DNA of 54,444 nucleotides from an uncultured Pseudomonadota bacterium (GTDB lineage Bacteria; Pseudomonadota; Alphaproteobacteria; Rs-D84; CASDRH01): NCBI GenBank assembly GCA_949283075.1, contig CASDRH010000017.1, positions 1 to 54,444 of the forward strand, read 5' to 3'. Shown piece by piece: positions 48,927 to 54,444 of this stretch (position 1 is its first letter; each line of letters starts with the position of its first letter). The notes under the pieces were generated by a model. It saw only the letters and a program-made list of their open reading frames with translations, ran no database searches and was not told where the DNA came from. The position numbers and the translations under genes were made by a program.

Positions 48927-50318
48927 TTATCTTAAATTATTTTTCATTTGAATTAAATCTTTATATTCTCTGGAATCTTTATTTAGCTTTTCTTCTGATT
49001 TCTCTATGTTGTTTAGCATCTCTTCTCTGTTTCCGATTTTTTCGTAAAACTTTGCTAGATAATAATGAGCTAGTCCGATATCTTCAAGTTTTCCATAAGC
49101 AATTGATAAATATTTATATATCTGTATTAAATCAGAATTTAAAAAAATTATCTTTTTTAATAGTTTTATAGCTTCTTCTATATTCGATTTATCATTTGAA
49201 TATATCAAATTGTTTGCGTATGACATTTCTATTATATATAAAGTCGATATTCCTTTTAAATCTGAAATTGCTTGCCTGTATAATTCTATTGCTGAATTAT
49301 AATCTCCTTTATTTGATAAAATTTCTGCTTTTGCTTCCAATATATATCCTTTTTTTAAATTTGGATATTTATCTAAATAATTTTCTAAAATATAGTCTAT
49401 GTTTTTAATTCCTTCGTCATAATTTTTTGCAACCATATTTGATAATGCTAATGCATAATAATAATACGGTGTATCAATTTCATTTAAAGATGAATAAATT
49501 GCTTTAACTGTTTTTATATCATTTAAAAATCCTATTATTTTTGCTCTTACCATTTTATATGATAATTGAATATTATCTGGGAGTTTTTTTAATGTGTTTT
49601 TATCAATTTCTTTTAATTTTGATTCTACTTCTGCAAGTCTGTCTGATGTTTTAGGATGGTCTAATTGCCAATCATTTAATGATTCATATAAAACATCTTG
49701 CTTTGATAATTCTTTTAAAAACTCCACATATTCTGTTAATGATATTTTATGTTTTAAAAAAGAATCTATTACAAATTGGTCTGCAAGAGATTCTTCTGAC
49801 CTTGTATATTGTATTAAATTTTTTGATGTTAAATCTAACATAAAAGATGGAACTGCTGCTAATGCTCCAATACTATCTGGTGTCGTCGCAGATTGAGCAC
49901 TTGCAATTACTAATGCTCCAATTCCTAATGCTGCTCCTGCAAGACTTGCTAATGCACTATCATCTAATCTTGCTTGTAATCTTGTAAGGTGATTTTGTGT
50001 GATGTGTCCCATTTCGTGAGTTAATACAGCTAATAAAGATTCTGGATTGTTGGATTTTGTAAATATTCCTGTGTTTATAAAAATTCTATTTTTTGTTGTT
50101 GCTGCTGCATTAATCGTATTGTTTATGATTACGTATAATTTTAAATCTTCAAGCGATATATCTGTTGTTATTATTGATGATAAATCTGCTAAAAATTGAG
50201 ATGTTTCAGCATCTGCAATAACTTGATTTTCTAATGTCTTTGAATATGAAAAAGCAAAAGAAGTATTCCATATATACAATATTATAAATATTAAAGTAAA
50301 TGTAATACTTCTTTTCAT
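48927..50318 (-). CDS. M48 metalloprotease with TPRs (BepA/YfgC-like)
   Basis: INAAA, HEMGH, YTRSEESLAD and DHP motifs, plus C-terminal TPR-like helices. Confidence 0.88.
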   Translation of the reverse strand: MKRSITFTLIFIILYIWNTSFAFSYSKTLENQVIADAETSQFLADLSSIITTDISLEDLKLYVIINNTINAAATTKNRIFINTGIFTKSNNPESLLAVLTHEMGHITQNHLTRLQARLDDSALASLAGAALGIGALVIASAQSATTPDSIGALAAVPSFMLDLTSKNLIQYTRSEESLADQFVIDSFLKHKISLTEYVEFLKELSKQDVLYESLNDWQLDHPKTSDRLAEVESKLKEIDKNTLKKLPDNIQLSYKMVRAKIIGFLNDIKTVKAIYSSLNEIDTPYYYYALALSNMVAKNYDEGIKNIDYILENYLDKYPNLKKGYILEAKAEILSNKGDYNSAIELYRQAISDLKGISTLYIIEMSYANNLIYSNDKSNIEEAIKLLKKIIFLNSDLIQIYKYLSIAYGKLEDIGLAHYYLAKFYEKIGNREEMLNNIEKSEEKLNKDSREYKDLIQMKNNLR

Positions 50319-50333
50319 TATATCATTTATTGA

Positions 50334-52307
50334 TTACCAAAATAACCAACCTTTTTTCTTTTTATTATTTTGTTGTTGTGGCCTTTTTGAATTAAAACCT
50401 TTTATTAAATCTTTATTTGCTTGCTTTTTAGGATCTGTAAATCTTTTTGTATTAACAGGATTTTTTTCACGTAGATATCCTGTTAAATCTTTGTTTAAAG
50501 ACATTCTTTCAATTGTATATACACTTTCGTTTAATAATCCATCATCTCCGTTGATTATTATGCTTGTATTATATCTTCTTTCTAGTGAAGAAATATCATC
50601 ACGTTTTTGATTTAATAAATACAAAGCTACATCTGATGGAGTTGATATAAATAATCTTTCAGAATGTCTGTATATTAATTCTTCTTCCACTTTACGCAAG
50701 ATTCTTACAGAAGCTGTTTGAACATTTGGAACAATTCCTGTTCCTGCACAATGTGGACATTGTCTGTATCCTACTTCTAAAAAGCTTGGTTTCAATCTTT
50801 GTCTTGATAAAATCATCAATCCGAATGAGTTTAATTTGCTCATTTGAACTTTTGACCTATCTTTTCTTAAAACTTCACGCATCTTTTGTTCAACAGCAAA
50901 ATTATTAGCTGGATTCATCATATCAATAAAATCAATTACAACCAATCCTGCCATATCACGTAAGCGTAATTGTCTTGCAACTACTTCAACGGCTTCTAAA
51001 TTTGTTTTTAATGCTGTTTCTTCTATATCTCTTTCTTTTGTTGCTTTACCTGAATTTACATCAATTGCTACCAATGCTTCTGTTTGATTTAAAACTAAAT
51101 ATCCCCCAGATGGTAAAACAACATTTGATGAGTATATATCTTCAAGTTGACGTTCAACATTTTTATCTAAAAATAATAAAGCTTCACCTTCGTGTTTTTT
51201 TATTTTTTTGTTGTTTACGCCAATTTCTTTTGCAAAGTTTGTCGCTTTTTCAAATCCATAATCTCCATCAATAATGACTTCATCAATTGCGTCAGTCATC
51301 ATATCACGAATTACTTTTTTTATTAAATCATATTCTTCGTATATTAATGCCGGAGCATTTGATACAACTGTTTTTTCTCTGATATCATTCCATAATGAAA
51401 TCATATAGTCGTAGTCTTTTTTAAGCTCTTTTTTTGTCTTATCAACACCAGCAGTTCTTACAATTAATGTTTGTCCTAATGGAATATCTAGTGTTTTTAA
51501 AATATCTTTTAATCTACGGCGTTCTTGGCGATAAGCAATTTTTCTTGAAATACCAAAACGCATTCTTTTACCAGAGTTAGGCATTAAAACACAAAAACGT
51601 CCTGCAAGTGATAAATAAGAAGTTAATGCAGCTCCTTTATTACCTCTTTCTTCTTTTTCAACTTGAACTAATATTAACTGATTTGGTTTTATAACCTCTT
51701 GAATTTTGTATTCACTTAATAAGCTTTTTCTTAATTCATCAAAAGATAATTCCCCTTTTTCATCATCTTCTGAAAATGTTTCAATTGTATTATCTTCGTG
51801 TCTTATTTTATTTCTGTGATAAGAATATGAGTTCTTATTATCATATTGATTTTGTTGTTGTGCTTCTTCTGCAGGTGATACTTGGATATCATCTTCTTCT
51901 GGTTCATCATAATCATATTCATCAGAATGCAATGCCTTTAATAAAGCTTCTTTATCTTTTGTAGGAATTTGATAATAATCAGGATGAATTTCTGAAAATG
52001 GTAAAAATCCGTGCTTTAAACCACCGTAATCAACAAAGGCTGCTTGTAATGATGGTTCTACTCTTATAACTTTTGCAAGATATATATTTCCTTTGTTTTG
52101 TGTTTTTGTTGTTGCTTCTACTTCAAAATCTTCTAATACTCCATTCTCCATTAAGGCAACTCTTGTTTCTTCAACATTTGTTGCATCAATTAGAAGTTCT
52201 TTTCTGTTTTCTGTTTCTGTATTTTGATTTTGTTGTATATTATTATCTTTTCTATGTTTTTGAAAAGAAGAGTTTTGTTTTCTCTGTCTTTGATTTTTGT
52301 TTGCCAT
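50334..52307 (-). CDS. rne: Ribonuclease E
   Basis: RVEPSLQAAFVDYG, KEERGNKGAAL, AIDVNSGK, VIDFIDM and CPHCAGTG. Confidence 0.95.
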   Translation of the reverse strand: MANKNQRQRKQNSSFQKHRKDNNIQQNQNTETENRKELLIDATNVEETRVALMENGVLEDFEVEATTKTQNKGNIYLAKVIRVEPSLQAAFVDYGGLKHGFLPFSEIHPDYYQIPTKDKEALLKALHSDEYDYDEPEEDDIQVSPAEEAQQQNQYDNKNSYSYHRNKIRHEDNTIETFSEDDEKGELSFDELRKSLLSEYKIQEVIKPNQLILVQVEKEERGNKGAALTSYLSLAGRFCVLMPNSGKRMRFGISRKIAYRQERRRLKDILKTLDIPLGQTLIVRTAGVDKTKKELKKDYDYMISLWNDIREKTVVSNAPALIYEEYDLIKKVIRDMMTDAIDEVIIDGDYGFEKATNFAKEIGVNNKKIKKHEGEALLFLDKNVERQLEDIYSSNVVLPSGGYLVLNQTEALVAIDVNSGKATKERDIEETALKTNLEAVEVVARQLRLRDMAGLVVIDFIDMMNPANNFAVEQKMREVLRKDRSKVQMSKLNSFGLMILSRQRLKPSFLEVGYRQCPHCAGTGIVPNVQTASVRILRKVEEELIYRHSERLFISTPSDVALYLLNQKRDDISSLERRYNTSIIINGDDGLLNESVYTIERMSLNKDLTGYLREKNPVNTKRFTDPKKQANKDLIKGFNSKRPQQQNNKKKKGWLFW

Positions 52308-52779
52308 TTTGTATTTTCCTTTCCATATTCATATTTTTATTTATTACGTATAATAAACTTAATTTTCTTTTCCATAACAAAGTATTTGTAAAATTTAAAA
52401 AATTTTTTAAAACAATATCAGTTTTAATTTTTAATACATTAATAGTTTTATTTAATATGATAACTTTATATTTATATCTGCTTTTTATTTTCAATTGTAA
52501 GCCTGTTATCAATACAATTAATTGTTTTATAAAATTTATCATTTGTTTTTATTAAATACCTATTTGTTAATTTCTGATTAAATATTATATAATTGTGAAG
52601 AAAAAAACAAGTATATAAAAGTCTTTGATTTTCAATGTTATTTTTGTTAATTGTATTAACCCTTAATTAAAAAATTTATTTTATTGTATCTTTTTTAATT
52701 ATTTTATAACTTATATCTGTTTTAATAAAAATCTGTATTTTTTTATTAAAATGATGTAAAATATTACCTAGTTAGTATT

Positions 52780-53985
52780 ATGGCAAAAAAAGAATTTTTT
52801 CTGAAAAAATATAATTTTATTTCTGCATTTTTGCTTATTTGCTTTATGCATATTTGCTTTGCAAGTTTTTCTTATGCTCAAAATAGGGCTGTTGAAATAA
52901 GAACTGGAAAACAATCAGATGATGTTTACAGAGTTGTTGTTGAAGTTAACAACAAAGTTAATTGGAAGCATTTTATTTTGAAAAGTCCTGATAGATTAGT
53001 AATTGATATTCCTAATACTAATGTTTCTTCTATTAGAAATAAAACTCAAAAAATGCCTGGTATTAAAGAAATAAGAATGGGCAATTTTGAAAATACTACT
53101 GCTAGGTTTGTTTTTGAATTAACTGGACAAGCTAATGTTGTTAAAACTTTATTTTTACCTACTACTGGGACAAATAATTGGAGAATTGTTATAGATTTTT
53201 CAATAGATGGTAATAAGTCATCTTCTTATCAAGAAAATCAAAATAATTATACTGCTAATAATAATGAAAATGAAAGAACTGTTCAAATTTCTGCTCCTTT
53301 AAGAAGGGATAAATTTATTGTTGTTATTGACCCTGGACACGGAGGAAAAGACCCGGGAGCAATCGGTATTAGTGGTATTCAAGAAAAAACTATTGTTTTG
53401 GAAGCTGGTAAATTATTACGTAATAAACTATTAAAAGATAAAAGATTTAAAGTTATTATGACTCGTGATACTGATGTATTTGTTACTTTGCAAAGAAGGG
53501 CTCAAATAGGTGAAGAAAATAATGCTGATTTATTTATATCTATTCACGCAGATAGCCACCCTCAACCATCAACTATGGGATTATCAGTTTATACTTTGTC
53601 TGATAAAGCTACTGACGCAGAAGCTCAAAAACTTGCTAATAAAGAAAATGCTGCTGATTTGATTGGAGTTGATGATTTGAAAGGTTATGCTAAACCAGTT
53701 ATAAGCATTCTTTCTGATGTTGCTCAAAGTTTAGTTAAAGAAGCTTCTGTTTTATTCGGCGATGCTTTAGTTAAAGAAATTAATAAAACAAACAGAATTA
53801 AATCTTTACCAAATAGACCTTTAAGAGAAGCTCCATTCTATGTTTTAAAATCTTCTGTTCCTTCTGCATTGGTTGAATTAGGTTATTTATCTAATAAGAC
53901 TGAAGAATCTTTATTAAGAACAAATGATTATAGAGATGATTTAGCAGATGCTATGTATAAAGCCATTGTAAAAACTCTTGAATAA
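52780..53985 (+). CDS. amiC: N-acetylmuramoyl-L-alanine amidase (AMIN and Amidase_3 domains)
   Basis: PDRLVID AMIN domain; IDPGHGGKDPGA, FISIHAD and LVELGYLSN. Confidence 0.9.
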   Translation: MAKKEFFLKKYNFISAFLLICFMHICFASFSYAQNRAVEIRTGKQSDDVYRVVVEVNNKVNWKHFILKSPDRLVIDIPNTNVSSIRNKTQKMPGIKEIRMGNFENTTARFVFELTGQANVVKTLFLPTTGTNNWRIVIDFSIDGNKSSSYQENQNNYTANNNENERTVQISAPLRRDKFIVVIDPGHGGKDPGAIGISGIQEKTIVLEAGKLLRNKLLKDKRFKVIMTRDTDVFVTLQRRAQIGEENNADLFISIHADSHPQPSTMGLSVYTLSDKATDAEAQKLANKENAADLIGVDDLKGYAKPVISILSDVAQSLVKEASVLFGDALVKEINKTNRIKSLPNRPLREAPFYVLKSSVPSALVELGYLSNKTEESLLRTNDYRDDLADAMYKAIVKTLE

Positions 53986-54002
53986 AATCTTATGTTAATT
54001 TT

Positions 54003-54444
54003 TTAATAATTAAATGAATCACCTAGATAATATTTTCTGACACCTTCGTGGCCTATGATGTGTTTTTTATCACCTTCTGTTAAAATAACACCATCGTGAA
54101 GAACATAAGACCTGTCAACTATATCCAAAGTTTCTCTTACATTATGGTCTGTAATTAAAACACCTAATCCTTTATCCTTTAAATGAGATACTAAATCTCG
54201 TATATCATTTACTGCGATTGGGTCTACACCTGCAAAAGGTTCATCAAACAATACGAATTTTGGATTAGCTGCAAGTGATCTTGCAATTTCTAATCTTCTT
54301 CTTTCTCCACCTGATAAGGCTACTGATGGAGATTTTCTTAAATGCTCAATTGAAAATTCTTTTAATAATTCTTCTAATCTGTGCATTCTTTTATCTTTGT
54401 TTTTTTCAACAACTTCTAATACAGCCATAATATTATTTTCAACA
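54003..54444 (-). CDS. lptB: LPS export ABC transporter ATP-binding protein (3' part; 5' end outside the window)
   Basis: LSGGERRRLEIAR, DEPFAGVDP and LITDHNVRETL. Confidence 0.95.
   Translation of the reverse strand, partial: VENNIMAVLEVVEKNKDKRMHRLEELLKEFSIEHLRKSPSVALSGGERRRLEIARSLAANPKFVLFDEPFAGVDPIAVNDIRDLVSHLKDKGLGVLITDHNVRETLDIVDRSYVLHDGVILTEGDKKHIIGHEGVRKYYLGDSFNY

Noticed and set aside
52073-52779. ORFs or ncRNA in the long AT-rich rne-amiC intergenic region
   Set aside because: The ORFs are low-complexity and overlap rne. The region could hold an rne 5' UTR, but I could not identify any supportable structure.

Overview
This is a very AT-rich alphaproteobacterial chromosome segment (gcrA, rodZ-hisS-prfA, eno, ssb, gpmI, glyA, bactofilin/M23 peptidase, rne, amiC, lptB) that spans the chromosome-dimer resolution site dif. 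The main discovery is a complete-looking ssDNA Microviridae prophage (about 21621-26041; 4393-nt predicted circle) integrated at dif. It has no integrase of its own, and its attachment site lies inside its replication-initiator gene. Integration splits rep into an N-terminal part at the right end and a C-terminal part at the left end, and re-circularisation across the shared 15-bp core rejoins them in frame into a 298-aa Rep. The prophage also carries a phiX174-like origin hairpin and three small genes missing from the ORF track: an Arg-rich DNA-packaging peptide, a 46-aa ORF, and an overprinted 41-aa cationic amphipathic peptide that is a lysis candidate. The second notable system is a family of six paralogous, secreted, cysteine-rich proteins in two tandem clusters (1-2857 and 30622-40097). 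Most have basic N-terminal tails, two with histone-H1-like tandem repeats, and they carry variable hydrophobic or Ser/Gly-rich inserts. No CRISPR array, rRNA or IS element was seen. All calls come from reading the sequence and recognising motifs; no database searches were run.
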